Both the position numbers and the translations under genes were made by a program. Under the pieces are notes generated by a model. It was not told where the DNA came from and searched no databases. It was given only the letters and a program-made list of their open reading frames with translations. From an uncultured Gemmatimonadales bacterium (GTDB lineage Bacteria; Gemmatimonadota; Gemmatimonadetes; Gemmatimonadales; Gemmatimonadaceae): 64,000 bases of DNA. Shown in pieces: positions 10,371-20,289 of this stretch (its first letter is position 1; each line of letters opens with the position of its first letter). The DNA lies in NCBI GenBank assembly GCA_963851265.1, contig CAWKNZ010000002.1, positions 256,001-320,000 of the forward strand, read 5' to 3'.

Positions 10371-10624
10371 GGAGTTGGCGGCGGGACCGGGGGCGCGGCG
10401 TGAGGGCCGCTTGCCGGCGAGTGGGGGCGGGCGTGGTGCTCGGGGAGCAACACGAACCGCACCGTGCCGGCGCGATAGTCGGAATAGCGGGCAGAACGGA
10501 CCACCACAAGAGTAACGCCGTCGTGACGCCCTGCTGGAATACACCCCTGGCGCATTCCTGTCCCCGCGTTCACGTTCGTCCCCGTTCGACACCACCGTTC
10601 GCCATTCGACACCCGGAGCACCCC

Positions 10625-11125
10625 ATGCCGACCGTCCGCGATCTCCTCGCCCGCAAGAAGTCACATGTCGAGAGCACGGCTGCTACCGCATCGGCTTCCG
10701 CGCCTGCTGCCGCGTCAACGGCCGACCGCGTGGTGATGGTCGACGCGAGGGCGACCGTGCTCGAGGCGGCGCGGCTCATGACCGCACGCGGCATCGGCGG
10801 TCTGATGGTCCGGGACGCGAGCGGCGCGATGGCCGGCATCTTCACCGAGCGCGACGTGCTACGGCGCGTGGTGAACGACGGGCTCGATCCGCGGGAGACT
10901 GCGGTTGCCGACGTGATGACGGCACCCGTCCTCACCGTCACGCCCGACACGACGGTCGACGAGTGCCGGCAACTCTTCACGGGGCGTCGCATCCGCCACC
11001 TGCCGGTGATGGAGCGCGGCGAGCTCTGCGGCGTGGTGACGAGCGGTGACGTGCTCGCGTTCGAAGTCGACGACGCGAAGGCGACGATCGAGCACCTCGA
11101 GGGGTACGTCTTTTCGAACCGCTGA
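10625..11125 (+). CDS. CBS domain-containing protein
   Basis: TVLEAARLM, GIFTERDVLRR, VADVMT, IRHLPV, GVVTSGD. Confidence 0.92.
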   Translation: MPTVRDLLARKKSHVESTAATASASAPAAASTADRVVMVDARATVLEAARLMTARGIGGLMVRDASGAMAGIFTERDVLRRVVNDGLDPRETAVADVMTAPVLTVTPDTTVDECRQLFTGRRIRHLPVMERGELCGVVTSGDVLAFEVDDAKATIEHLEGYVFSNR

Positions 11126-11142
11126 CCGACGGACCTACAGAC

Positions 11143-12651
11143 CTACAACGCAGGCGCGCCGGCGACGCGCTGCACGAGCGCGTACAGGAAGTCGAGCCCC
11201 TCGTAGAAGCTCTTGACGCGCAACTTCTCGTCGCGGCCGTGCGCGTTGCTCTCGCCGGGCGCGCTGAAGAGCCCGCTCACCCCGTACGTCGGCACGCCCA
11301 CGGCGCGCAGGAAGCGCCCGTCGGTGGCGCCGGTGCTCATGGTCGGGATGACGGGGATGTCGCCCCACGTGCGGTGCGTCAGGTCGGTGACGGCCGCCAT
11401 GAGCCCGGGGTCGATCGCGCTCGGCGGCGCGCCGAACTTGTCGGTGGGCGGGATGGTGTAGGTCACGCGCACCCCCGTGTCGGCGACCATCCGCGCGAGC
11501 CCGGCGCGCACCTCTTCGGCGTTGGACGTGGGCACGATGCGACAGTTCACGTTGGCCGTGGCCGACTGCGGCAGCGCGTTGTACGCGTGCCCCCCTCCGA
11601 GCCGCGTGGCGACGCACGTGGTGCGGAGCACCGAGTGGTAGCGCGGGTCGCGCGAGAGGGTGGCCGCGGCGGCCGCGACCGCCGCCGAGTCGGCGCCGTC
11701 GGCGACCAGCGCGCGCATGGCGGCGGCCATGTCGGGGCGCGGCTCGACCGCCGCGGTGCTGGCGAAGTAGGCGCGCGTCACCGGGTTGAGGGCGACCGGG
11801 AAGTCGCTCCGGGCGAGATGGCCTAACGCGTCGGCGAGCTCGTAGATGGCGTTGTCGGGGCGCGGCACGCTCGAGTGGCCGCCGGGGTTGGTGGCGGTGA
11901 GGGTGTAATTCACCGGGACCTTCTCCGCCGCCTGTACGGCGTGCATCAGCGGCCGCGCGCCCGCGACCCCGCCCGCCTCGGTGAGCGTCCCGCCGCCGCC
12001 CTCGTTGAGGGCGTAGGCGGCGTCGAGCAGGTCGCGGTGCGTGCGCGTGAGCCACTCGACGCCGTTCGCGTCGCCCCCTTCCTCGTCGGCCGTGAGCGCG
12101 AGGATCAGGTCGCGCGACGGCGTCCACCCCTCGCGCTTGTAGCGCAGCAGGTTGGCCGTGAAGATCGCGGCCATCGCCTTGTCGTCCGCCGTGCCGCGAC
12201 CGAGGAAGTAGCCGCCCTCCTCGTGCAGCGTGAACGGGTCGCGCGGCCAGTCGGCGCGGTTCGCGGCGACGACGTCGAGGTGCGCGAGGAGCAGGATCGG
12301 TTTCGCGGCGGCGCCCCCCGCGGGCGGCCGGCCGCGGTAGCGGACGATGAGGTTGGCCTTGGTCGGCTTCCCCGGCGGGGTGAGGATCTGGACGTCGGCG
12401 GCGGGAAAACCGGCGGCGCGGAAGCGGGCGGCCATCGCGTCCACGGCGCGCGTGACCGACCCGACGGAATCGACCGTGTTGATCTCGACCAGTTCGCGGT
12501 AGATCGCGCGGGCGGCCTGCTGGTCGGGCGTACGCTGCGCGGCGGCGGTCCGGGCGGTCAGGGCCGTGGCGGCGGCGAGCGAGGCCGCGACAGCCGAGCG
12601 CGCGGCACGGCGGGCGGGGCGGGATGCGGAGTCGTGCGGTGGGCGGCGCAT
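11143..12651 (-). CDS. M20/M25/M40 family metallopeptidase, secreted
   Basis: AHLDVV, GRGTADDK, ADEEGG, GGHSS, GATDG, AHGRDE. Confidence 0.92.
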   Translation of the reverse strand: MRRPPHDSASRPARRAARSAVAASLAAATALTARTAAAQRTPDQQAARAIYRELVEINTVDSVGSVTRAVDAMAARFRAAGFPAADVQILTPPGKPTKANLIVRYRGRPPAGGAAAKPILLLAHLDVVAANRADWPRDPFTLHEEGGYFLGRGTADDKAMAAIFTANLLRYKREGWTPSRDLILALTADEEGGDANGVEWLTRTHRDLLDAAYALNEGGGGTLTEAGGVAGARPLMHAVQAAEKVPVNYTLTATNPGGHSSVPRPDNAIYELADALGHLARSDFPVALNPVTRAYFASTAAVEPRPDMAAAMRALVADGADSAAVAAAAATLSRDPRYHSVLRTTCVATRLGGGHAYNALPQSATANVNCRIVPTSNAEEVRAGLARMVADTGVRVTYTIPPTDKFGAPPSAIDPGLMAAVTDLTHRTWGDIPVIPTMSTGATDGRFLRAVGVPTYGVSGLFSAPGESNAHGRDEKLRVKSFYEGLDFLYALVQRVAGAPAL

Positions 12652-12706
12652 GATCCGGCAGATGAGGGTGGGGGAGGGGGTACGACCAACCTACTGCGTT
12701 CGGAGG

Positions 12707-13918
12707 TCAGTCGCCGCGCAGGGCCGCGGCGGCGTACGCGTCGAGGTGCGAGCCGACGACCGCGTCCCAGCCGAAGGCGTTCGGCACGTCGGCGGCGCTC
12801 GCGGCCTGCATGGCCGCGAGCGCCGCCGGGTCACGCACCCAAGCCGCGGCCTGTTGGGCGAGCACGGCGTCGGACGGGGCGAGCCACCCGTCGATGCCGG
12901 GGCTGACGAAGTCGGCCACGCCCGAGCCCGCGCGGGCGAGCACGGCCAGGCCCGCCGCGCGCGCCTCGAGCGCGGCTATCCCGAACGATTCGCGCACGGT
13001 GGGGAGCACGAACGCGTGCGCCGTTCGGTAGAGCGCGCGCAACTCCGCGCGCGACTGCCAGCCAACGGTCGTGATGACGTCGCCGACGCCGGCGCGCCGC
13101 GCGGCGCGCTCGAGGCGCGCGCGCTCGGGCCCCTCGCCGGCGACGAACACGCGCACGCGCGTACCCGCGGGCGCGGCGTCGCGCATCGCCACCGCGACGG
13201 GCACGAGGGCGAGCGGGCGCTTCTTGCGGACGAGGCGCATCGCGGTGACGAGGCGGATCTCGGGCGCGCTGGCCTCCGTCGCGTTCGCGGTCGCACTCGC
13301 ATCCTGCCCGTCCCGTGGCAGGGCGCGCCACCACGCGAGGTCGGCGCCGTTGGGCAGCACGCGGACGGTCGCGCCCGGTAAGCCGCGCTGCAGTTGGCGG
13401 GCGACGAGTCGGCTCACGCCCGTGAGCACCACGCCCGGGTCGCGGGCCCATCCGGTGAGCGCGTCGGCGGCGCCGAGGACGCGCGCGGCGGCGCGGAGCA
13501 CGGAGTGAAAGGTCACCACGCACGGCAGGTCGCGCCGCCGCGCGGCGGCGACGGCGGCGAACGCGGCGGGCGAGATCACGCTCGCGTGGGCGTGCACGAC
13601 GTCGTACGCGCCGGCGTCGAGCGCGTCGCCGAGGGCGCGGCCCAACGCGGGCGTGTAGGCGACCCCGGCGGCCGGCAGGCGCGGCACGTCGAGGCGGATG
13701 ACGCCGGCGTCCGACTGGTCTGCCGTCTCGCCCGGCGTGGGCGTGAGCACGTCGACGAGGTGCCCGGCGGCCGTGAGGTGGGCGGCGAGCCCGGCGAGTT
13801 GGATCTCGACGCCGCCGCGGCGTGGGAGAAACCAGTCGGACACGAGGGCGATACGCAGTGCGGCCCGGCGCGTGGATCCGCCGGGCCGCGTCTGGCGTAC
13901 GGGTGCGACACCCGTCAC
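12707..13918 (-). CDS. glycosyltransferase family 4 (PimA/PIG-A-like), paralogue of 9033..10370
   Basis: SDWFLPRRGGVE, VHAH, PNG, AGEGPER, ESFGIAALEA. Confidence 0.9.
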   Translation of the reverse strand: MTGVAPVRQTRPGGSTRRAALRIALVSDWFLPRRGGVEIQLAGLAAHLTAAGHLVDVLTPTPGETADQSDAGVIRLDVPRLPAAGVAYTPALGRALGDALDAGAYDVVHAHASVISPAAFAAVAAARRRDLPCVVTFHSVLRAAARVLGAADALTGWARDPGVVLTGVSRLVARQLQRGLPGATVRVLPNGADLAWWRALPRDGQDASATANATEASAPEIRLVTAMRLVRKKRPLALVPVAVAMRDAAPAGTRVRVFVAGEGPERARLERAARRAGVGDVITTVGWQSRAELRALYRTAHAFVLPTVRESFGIAALEARAAGLAVLARAGSGVADFVSPGIDGWLAPSDAVLAQQAAAWVRDPAALAAMQAASAADVPNAFGWDAVVGSHLDAYAAAALRGD

Positions 13919-13928
13919 GGAACCGGGC

Positions 13929-15581
13929 TCACCCGAGGGCGTTGCGCTCCAGCGCTTCGGGCGCGTGCCGGCGGACGGCGCGGCCGAGCGCCTCGACGAC
14001 GCGGTCGATCTGTTCGTCGGTGTGTTCGGCGGTCATCGAGAGCCGAAGGCGGCAGCCGTTGGGCGGCACCGCGGGCGGGGGCACCGGCTGGACGAAGATG
14101 TGGTCTTCTTCGAACAGCGTGCGCCAGACCTTGAGCGTGACGTCGAACGTGCCGACGACGACGGGCAGGATGGGCGTCTGCGTCGCGATCGGGGGGAGGC
14201 CGACGCTCGTGAGGCCCTCGGCCATGCGGCGCGAGTTGGCGCGCAGGCGCTCGCGGCGCTCGGGCTCGTCGAGCATGACGTCGAGGGCGGCGAGGGTGCC
14301 GGCCACCGAGGCGGGGGGCATGGCGGCGGTGAACATGAGCGCCCGCGCGTTGTGCCGCACGTAGTGGATGACCTCCTCCGATCCGGCGAGCACGCCGCCG
14401 ACCGAGGCGAGCGACTTGGAGAACGTCGCCATGATGAGGTCGACCTCGTCGTCGAGGCCGAAGTGCCGCGCCGTGCCCGCGCCGTCCTCGCCGAGCACGC
14501 CGAGCGCGTGGGCGTCGTCGAGGAGGAGCGCCGCACCGCGCTCGCGGCAGAGGGCGACGAGGCCGGGCACGTCGGCGATGACGCCGTCCATCGAGAACAC
14601 GCCGTCGGTGACGACGAGCTTGCCGGCGCCTTCGGGGGCCCGGTCCATCTGCCGCGCGAGGTGCTGCAGGTCGTTGTGCGCGTAGCGCACCGTGTGCCCC
14701 ATCGAGAGTCGCGCGCCGTCGACGATGCAGGCGTGGTCGAGCTTGTCGAGGTAGGCGATGTCGTCGCGGCCGACGAGGGCGGCGATGGTGCCCAGGCTCG
14801 CCTGGTAGCCGGTGGTGAAGACGAGCGCCGCCTCCTTGCGGTAGAACGCCGCCAGGCGGGCCTCGAGCGTCTCGTGCAGGTCGAGCGTGCCGTTGAGCAG
14901 GCGACTGCCGGTCGCCCCGGAGCCGTACCGCTGGGCCGCGGCCGCGCCGGCCTCGAGCACCTTGGGGTGGTGCGTGAGGCCGAGGTAGTTGTTGGAGCCG
15001 AGCATGATCTTCCAGCGCCCGTCGATGCGCGCCTCGCTCGGCGTGGTTTCCTCGATCGCGCGGAAGTAGGCGTAGACGCCGCGGGCGATCAGGTCGCGCG
15101 CGCGCGTGTCGGCCGCCGCCTTGGCGAACAGCGGGTTGTGCGCGGCGCCCGTGCGGGCCGTGCCCGTGCGGGCCGTGTCCGTCTGGGCGGCACCGTGGGT
15201 CGCGTTGCCCGGGACTCCGCTGCCGGGGAGCCCGTTGCCGAGCAGGCCACTGCCGGGGGCGCCGTTGCCGTGGGCGCCGTTGCCGGGGGCGCCGTTGCCG
15301 TGCACGCCGTTGCCGTGCACGCCGTTGCCGTGCACGCCGGCAGCTGGCGCGGTGTAGGCGTGGATGGCGGGCAGGCCCGTGGGCGGCGTGACCGTGGCCG
15401 TCGCGCCGTTCGCGTAGGCGCCGTTGCCCGAAGCGCCGTTGGCATGCGTGCCGTTGGCATGCGTGCCGTTGGCGTGCGCACGATCGGGGTGTGCGCCACC
15501 GGGATGGGCGCCATCGGGGTGCGCGCCGTTGCTGAGCGCACCGTTCGACAGAGCGCCGGTGGCCTTGGACGGCCGGTTCAT
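13929..15581 (-). CDS. PLP-dependent alpha-oxoamine synthase, serine palmitoyltransferase-like, with repetitive N-terminal extension
   Basis: YAYFRAI, GSNNYLGL, TGSRLLNGT, HACIVDG, DGVFSMDG, DDAHALG, TFSKSLASVGG (PLP lysine). Confidence 0.85.
   Translation of the reverse strand: MNRPSKATGALSNGALSNGAHPDGAHPGGAHPDRAHANGTHANGTHANGASGNGAYANGATATVTPPTGLPAIHAYTAPAAGVHGNGVHGNGVHGNGAPGNGAHGNGAPGSGLLGNGLPGSGVPGNATHGAAQTDTARTGTARTGAAHNPLFAKAAADTRARDLIARGVYAYFRAIEETTPSEARIDGRWKIMLGSNNYLGLTHHPKVLEAGAAAAQRYGSGATGSRLLNGTLDLHETLEARLAAFYRKEAALVFTTGYQASLGTIAALVGRDDIAYLDKLDHACIVDGARLSMGHTVRYAHNDLQHLARQMDRAPEGAGKLVVTDGVFSMDGVIADVPGLVALCRERGAALLLDDAHALGVLGEDGAGTARHFGLDDEVDLIMATFSKSLASVGGVLAGSEEVIHYVRHNARALMFTAAMPPASVAGTLAALDVMLDEPERRERLRANSRRMAEGLTSVGLPPIATQTPILPVVVGTFDVTLKVWRTLFEEDHIFVQPVPPPAVPPNGCRLRLSMTAEHTDEQIDRVVEALGRAVRRHAPEALERNALG
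15146..15560 (-). repeat. imperfect 15-bp tandem repeats encoding NGxHx / GxxGN / TARTG pentapeptides
   Basis: For example tgcacgccgttgccg and gcatgcgtgccgttg are repeated in tandem. Confidence 0.9.
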
Positions 15582-15819
15582 CAGAATGGTGTCCGCGGGG
15601 AATCTCTGGGCGCCTCGGCGCACGCTACTGGCGCGCAAGGTAACCGACCTGTGACGGCGACTCTACGATCCTCCAGTCATTCCCCGTCATTTAGCGTGCG
15701 CAAGACGCTTCGGCCGCGGCCGTCCGACGACCTCGGGCGTGAGATCGGACCTCGACTGCCCTCCGGCCGAGCGTTCCGGACCGGTCGGGCTCGGGCTCGG
15801 TCCCGCCTACATTGCGACC

Positions 15820-16890
15820 GTGCAAAGCCTTGCCTCCGCCGCGCCGGTCGCCGGCGCGTCCGACCTGTCCGTCCGCCCAGCCCTCGGGCTACTCGCCGGC
15901 TGGCTGCTGATCACCGCGTTGCCGCTCGCGGGTACGATCGCCGACCCGGGCGTGTCGTTCGGGCGCGCGCGGCACCTCGTACTGTTCGCCGCCGCCCTGC
16001 TCGCGCTGGCGCTCGCGCCGCGTGTTCCGCCCCGCCGGGTACCGCCGGCGCGGGACGATGCGCCGTCGCGCGCGGCGGACGTGGCGGGCGAATCGTGGAC
16101 GCTGTTCCTGGCGTGGCTGCCGCTCGCGGCCGTGCCCGCGCTCTACGCCGAGCTTCCTCTCGTCGCGGCCGGGATCGCCGGACACGGCGCGAGTCTCGCG
16201 GCGATGCACGACGCCACGGTCGTTCGTTGGGAACTCGCCCTGTTCGGTCCGTCTCTGGGTGCGAGCCCCGCGCTCGTCCTGGCGCGCGCCGCGCCCTGGA
16301 CGCCGCTCAGCGAACTGCTTCACCTCGCGTACCTCTCGTACTACGTCATCATCTACGTGCCCCCCGCGCTGCTGTGGTGGGAAGCGCGGCGCCGGCGCGC
16401 GAGCGCGTCGCTCACCGGGGCGCCCGACCCGCAGGCGGCGTTCGAGACGAGCGCGTTCACCGTGCTGTTGGCGTTCCTGCTCTGCTACTCCGTGTTCGTG
16501 GTGTTCCCGGTGCAGGGGCCGTGGTACACGTGGCAGACGGGCGGCCCGGGCGGGCTTCCGCTCACGGGTGTGGTGCGCGGGTTCGTGCAGAGCCTGCTGC
16601 TCGCGGGCTCGGCGCGGGGCACGGCGTTCCCGTCGTCGCACGTGGCCGTGAGCGTGGCCCAGACGGTCGTGCTCGCGCGCGTGGCACCGCGGCTGGCCTG
16701 GATCGCCGCGCCGGCGACGGTGCTGCTCGCGCTCGGCGCGGTGTACGGCGGGTACCACTACGGCGTCGACGCGCTCGCCGGGGCGGCGTTCGGTGCGGTG
16801 GCGGGGCTCGCGGGGCCGTGGCTGCTCGGGCTCGCGGAGCGGCGGAGTGCGCGCGGGGCCGAGACCTCGGCGGTGGCGGCGTGGCAGTAG
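15820..16890 (+). CDS. PAP2 superfamily membrane protein (Aur1/IPC-synthase-like)
   Basis: Multiple TM segments; YLSYY, FPVQGPWY, AFPSSHV, HYGVD. GTG start lies 6 nt after TACATT. Confidence 0.85.
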   Translation: MQSLASAAPVAGASDLSVRPALGLLAGWLLITALPLAGTIADPGVSFGRARHLVLFAAALLALALAPRVPPRRVPPARDDAPSRAADVAGESWTLFLAWLPLAAVPALYAELPLVAAGIAGHGASLAAMHDATVVRWELALFGPSLGASPALVLARAAPWTPLSELLHLAYLSYYVIIYVPPALLWWEARRRRASASLTGAPDPQAAFETSAFTVLLAFLLCYSVFVVFPVQGPWYTWQTGGPGGLPLTGVVRGFVQSLLLAGSARGTAFPSSHVAVSVAQTVVLARVAPRLAWIAAPATVLLALGAVYGGYHYGVDALAGAAFGAVAGLAGPWLLGLAERRSARGAETSAVAAWQ

Positions 16891-16956
16891 GGCGCTTCGG
16901 GTAGGCGTTCCGGAGGGGGCCGTCGTGGGGCGCGCCGGACGCGTCGCTACAAGTCG

Positions 16957-17976
16957 CTACAACAGGCCCTGGGTGTGGTACCAGGCGTGCGTGCGCCTGG
17001 CACCCTCCACGAGGCCGACGGCCGGGACCCAGCCCAGTTCGAGTCGCGCGCGCGCGGCCGAACAGCACCACCAGCGCGGACGCCCGAGTCGCAGCTTCTC
17101 GCGGGTGACGAGCACCTCGCGGTGGGTGAGCGCGGCCCAGGCGTCGCCGGCGATCCCGGCCGCGGCGAGCACGAAGGCTGGCGCGTCGAGGCCCCAGCGC
17201 ACGCGGCAGCCTGCGGCGGCGGCGGCGGCGTCGTACACCGCGGGCCACGGCACACGTTCGTCGCCGGCGACGAAGTAGGTACCGCCGACGGCTTGCGGGG
17301 CCGTCGCGGCGAGCACGAGCGCCCGCGCGAGGTCGCCCACGTAGACCATCGACAGCCACGCGTCGCGGGTGCCGGGGTAGAGCGCCATGCCGCGCGCGGC
17401 GTGGCGGAAGACGGGGAGAAAGTCGACGTCGCGCGGGCCGTACACGGCGGACGGGCGCACGATCGTCCACGGGACGCCGCCGGGGTGCGCGGCGACGAGC
17501 CGCTCCGCCTCGCGCTTGCTGTGGCCGTAGGCGCCCACCGGTTCGGCGGCGTCGCGCTCGGTGCGCGGGCGGTCGAGCGCGTGCGCGGCGCCCGCGGCGG
17601 CCTGCGACGAGACGAGGACGAAGCGCGGCGGCGGGTCGCCGGACGACGCCGCACGCGCCGCGAGCGCGTCGAGCAGGGCCGCGGTGGGCGCGACGTTGCC
17701 CGCGCGGAACTCCGCGAGCGTGCGACGCCTGGTCACGCCCGCGACGTGGAGGACGGCGTCGACGCCGTCGAACGCGGGCGAGCGGCGGAGCGCGTCGGCG
17801 TCGGTGAGCGGCGCGGCGTGGGTCTCGACGCGCCGCGCGAGCGCGTCGGGGAGGGCGAGCGGCACCGGCGCGCTCTCGGGGCGCACGAGGCGCCGCACGG
17901 TCCACCCCGCGCCCGCGAGCGCCTCGACGAGGTGCGAGCCGACGAACCCCGAGCTCCCGGTGACGAGGGCGAGCAC
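16957..17976 (-). CDS. NAD-dependent epimerase/dehydratase (extended SDR, 3-beta-HSD-like)
   Basis: VTGSSGFVGS, HVAG, VSSQAA, YGHSK, RPSAVYGPRD. Confidence 0.92.
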   Translation of the reverse strand: MLALVTGSSGFVGSHLVEALAGAGWTVRRLVRPESAPVPLALPDALARRVETHAAPLTDADALRRSPAFDGVDAVLHVAGVTRRRTLAEFRAGNVAPTAALLDALAARAASSGDPPPRFVLVSSQAAAGAAHALDRPRTERDAAEPVGAYGHSKREAERLVAAHPGGVPWTIVRPSAVYGPRDVDFLPVFRHAARGMALYPGTRDAWLSMVYVGDLARALVLAATAPQAVGGTYFVAGDERVPWPAVYDAAAAAAGCRVRWGLDAPAFVLAAAGIAGDAWAALTHREVLVTREKLRLGRPRWWCCSAARARLELGWVPAVGLVEGARRTHAWYHTQGLL

Positions 17977-17983
17977 GCCGCGC

Positions 17984-18553
17984 CTAACGCCGCGCCGCGC
18001 GGCGGGCCGGTCCGGGGCGCGCCGGCGCCCGGCGCTCGTCGGCCGCGAGGCGCTTCACGAACAGGAACTTCTTCCCGATCGACAGCTCCGAGCGCGAGAT
18101 CGCCGCGTAGCGCGCGATCTTCTCCGGGTAGCGCGCGAGGCTCGACTGGCGGAAACCCGCGGCCGTGAACAGGGTGTCGGCGAGCGAGACGGCGAACAGC
18201 TCGGGGTAGCCGCGCTGCCGCGCGAGCGCCTCGGCGGCCGCGATCAGGCGCCGCCCGAGTCCGCGCCCCTGCGCCTCGGGCGCGACGGCGAGCGAGACGA
18301 GTTCGGCGAGCGACGGCGCGTACTCGTCGATCGCGACGCAGCCTAACAGCGGGGCGTCGTGGCCCGCCGGGGCGCCGTCCGCGCCGCGAGGGGCGTCGCC
18401 TCGCGCCACGCGGTAGCCCTCGATGCGCGCCGCGACGAAGGCCGGCGTGCGCGGCAGCGTGAGCCCGTCGGGCGCGTAGCGGTTGTTGAGCGCGGCGATC
18501 GCTTCGGCGTCCTCCGGGCGCGCGGGGACGATGGCCGGGGCGGCGTCCGTCAC
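17984..18553 (-). CDS. GNAT N-acetyltransferase (short ArgA-like)
   Basis: LPRT, AELVSLAV..EAQGRGLGRRL, FxxxGF, PEKI. Confidence 0.85.
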   Translation of the reverse strand: MTDAAPAIVPARPEDAEAIAALNNRYAPDGLTLPRTPAFVAARIEGYRVARGDAPRGADGAPAGHDAPLLGCVAIDEYAPSLAELVSLAVAPEAQGRGLGRRLIAAAEALARQRGYPELFAVSLADTLFTAAGFRQSSLARYPEKIARYAAISRSELSIGKKFLFVKRLAADERRAPARPGPARRAARR

Positions 18554-20238
18554 CGCCCGGCCCCCATGGCCCCGTGCGGTGCCGGGAGCGGCGCGCGCGG
18601 CAGCAGCGCGGGCAGGTTGGCCGCGCCGTAGAGCACCGTCGCGGTCACGACGGCGGCCTGGCGCAGGTCGTCGGGGGCGAGGTTGGCCGCGACGTCCGCG
18701 CTGGTGTGGTGCGTGCGCGTCTCGTAGTCGAGCGGGTCCTGCAGGAAGGTGAATGCGGGAACGCCCACGCTCGCGAACGGCATGTGGTCGGTGCTGCCCG
18801 TGTTGGCGATGGTCAGCGTCGTGGGACCCAGGTCGGCGACGGGCGCGAGCAGCTGCCGGAAGACGGGCCGCGCCGCCGCGTTCCCCTGCAGCCACACGCC
18901 GCGGATGCGCCCGGTGCCGTTGTCGAAGTTGAGGTACGTGCTGAGGCGCGCCTGCTCCGGCTTGAGTCGCATCGTCTCGGGGTCGCCGAGGTGCGCGCGC
19001 ACCCAGCCTAACGAGCCGAAGTAGTCCTCGTGCTCCTCGCCGTCCCAGAGCGCGACGCGGACGGTGCGGCGCGGGTGCGCGCCGGCGGCCGTCAGCAGGC
19101 GCAGGGCTTCGATCGCCACCGCCGCGCCGGCCGCGTTGTCGGTGGCGCCGGTGCCAGCGGTCCACGAGTCGAAGTGCCCGCCGACCATCACGACCTCGGC
19201 CTCGAGCGCGGGGTCGCTCCCGGGCAACTCGGCGATCACGTCGGAGCCGGTCGAATCGGCGCGCGTACGCGGCGCGTCGAGGCGCGCGCGGACGTCCAGC
19301 GTGACCTCGGGCGCGGGGCGCCCCGCGCGCGCGGCCAGGCGCACGAGGTTGGCGAGCCGCCCGTAGTCGTCGCGCGAGACGACCATCGCCGGGGGCGCGG
19401 CGCGCAGGTCGGTGTCGTACGCCTGGTACGCGCCGACCATGGGCACGAGCGGGTTGCGGCTCGGCGCGAGCACGGCCACCGCGCCGGCCCGCGCGAGCGC
19501 GAGGTACACGCCCTGTCGCCGCGCCACGTTCGCCGGGTAGTCGCCCGCGTCCTCCCAGTAGTCGCGCGGCGAGCCCGGCGCGGTGAGCCGGGCGAGCGAG
19601 TCGAGCTGCGCGTCGGTCCACCGCGTCGTGAGCGGCTCGGCGTGCTCGTCGCGGAGCGACAGTCCGGGCACCTCGCCGAGCATCACGATGCGCCCGCGCA
19701 CGCGTGCGGCCAGGCGGCCACTGTCGGCGCGGGCGACGTCGCCCGCCGAGTCGAGGCGCTCGGTGACGAGCACCGGCGTGCCACGCACCGCGGCCCCGTT
19801 GCCCGCGGGTCCGGTGGCCGGGCTCCACGCGAACGGGTACGCGACGAGGCGCGCGTAGTACGGCGCGTTCAGCTCGAGCGAGTAGCTCTCGAGGGTCCAG
19901 CGGTTGCCGCGCCGCGTACCCCACGGCTCGAGGTGCGCGGTGAGCCCGTAGCCCGCGAGCGTGCGCCGCGCCCACTCGGCCGCCTCGCCCCACGCGCGTG
20001 ACCCCGCCAGTCGCGGGCCGAAGACGTCGGAGAGGATGGTCGCCGTCTCGGCCACGCGCGAGTGGGTCATCCCCTCCTCGCGGACGCGGGCGAGCACCGC
20101 CGCGTCGGCGGCCGAGTCGGGCGCGCGCGCGGGTTGCGCGTGCACCGACGCGCCAGCGACCGGCGTGCCGGCGAGCAACGCGCCGAGGAGGACGGCCAGG
20201 CGGCGGGTGGGCGTGGAAGTCGACGGACGGCGTGGCAT
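18550..20238 (-). CDS. M28 family peptidase, secreted
   Basis: GPRLAGS, GGHFDSW, GATDNAAG, WDGEE, NFDNG, STDH, HHTSAD. Confidence 0.9.
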   Translation of the reverse strand: MPRRPSTSTPTRRLAVLLGALLAGTPVAGASVHAQPARAPDSAADAAVLARVREEGMTHSRVAETATILSDVFGPRLAGSRAWGEAAEWARRTLAGYGLTAHLEPWGTRRGNRWTLESYSLELNAPYYARLVAYPFAWSPATGPAGNGAAVRGTPVLVTERLDSAGDVARADSGRLAARVRGRIVMLGEVPGLSLRDEHAEPLTTRWTDAQLDSLARLTAPGSPRDYWEDAGDYPANVARRQGVYLALARAGAVAVLAPSRNPLVPMVGAYQAYDTDLRAAPPAMVVSRDDYGRLANLVRLAARAGRPAPEVTLDVRARLDAPRTRADSTGSDVIAELPGSDPALEAEVVMVGGHFDSWTAGTGATDNAAGAAVAIEALRLLTAAGAHPRRTVRVALWDGEEHEDYFGSLGWVRAHLGDPETMRLKPEQARLSTYLNFDNGTGRIRGVWLQGNAAARPVFRQLLAPVADLGPTTLTIANTGSTDHMPFASVGVPAFTFLQDPLDYETRTHHTSADVAANLAPDDLRQAAVVTATVLYGAANLPALLPRAPLPAPHGAMGAGR

Positions 20239-20289
20239 CAACCGGTGGTGAAGGATCGCCCCGGCGCGACCGCCCGCGAGCGCGGCGGA

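Noticed and set aside
13698..16904. Very long alternative-frame ORFs (also 17984..21304, 20062..22488, 49512..53294 N-part and others)
   Set aside because: These are Arg/Ala/Gly-rich shadow ORFs expected at ~75% GC, and they overlap well-supported genes.
17984..18553. GNAT as the bacterial ceramide synthase
   Set aside because: It is a single ~190-aa domain with short-ArgA-like motifs, whereas known bCerS proteins are about twice as long.
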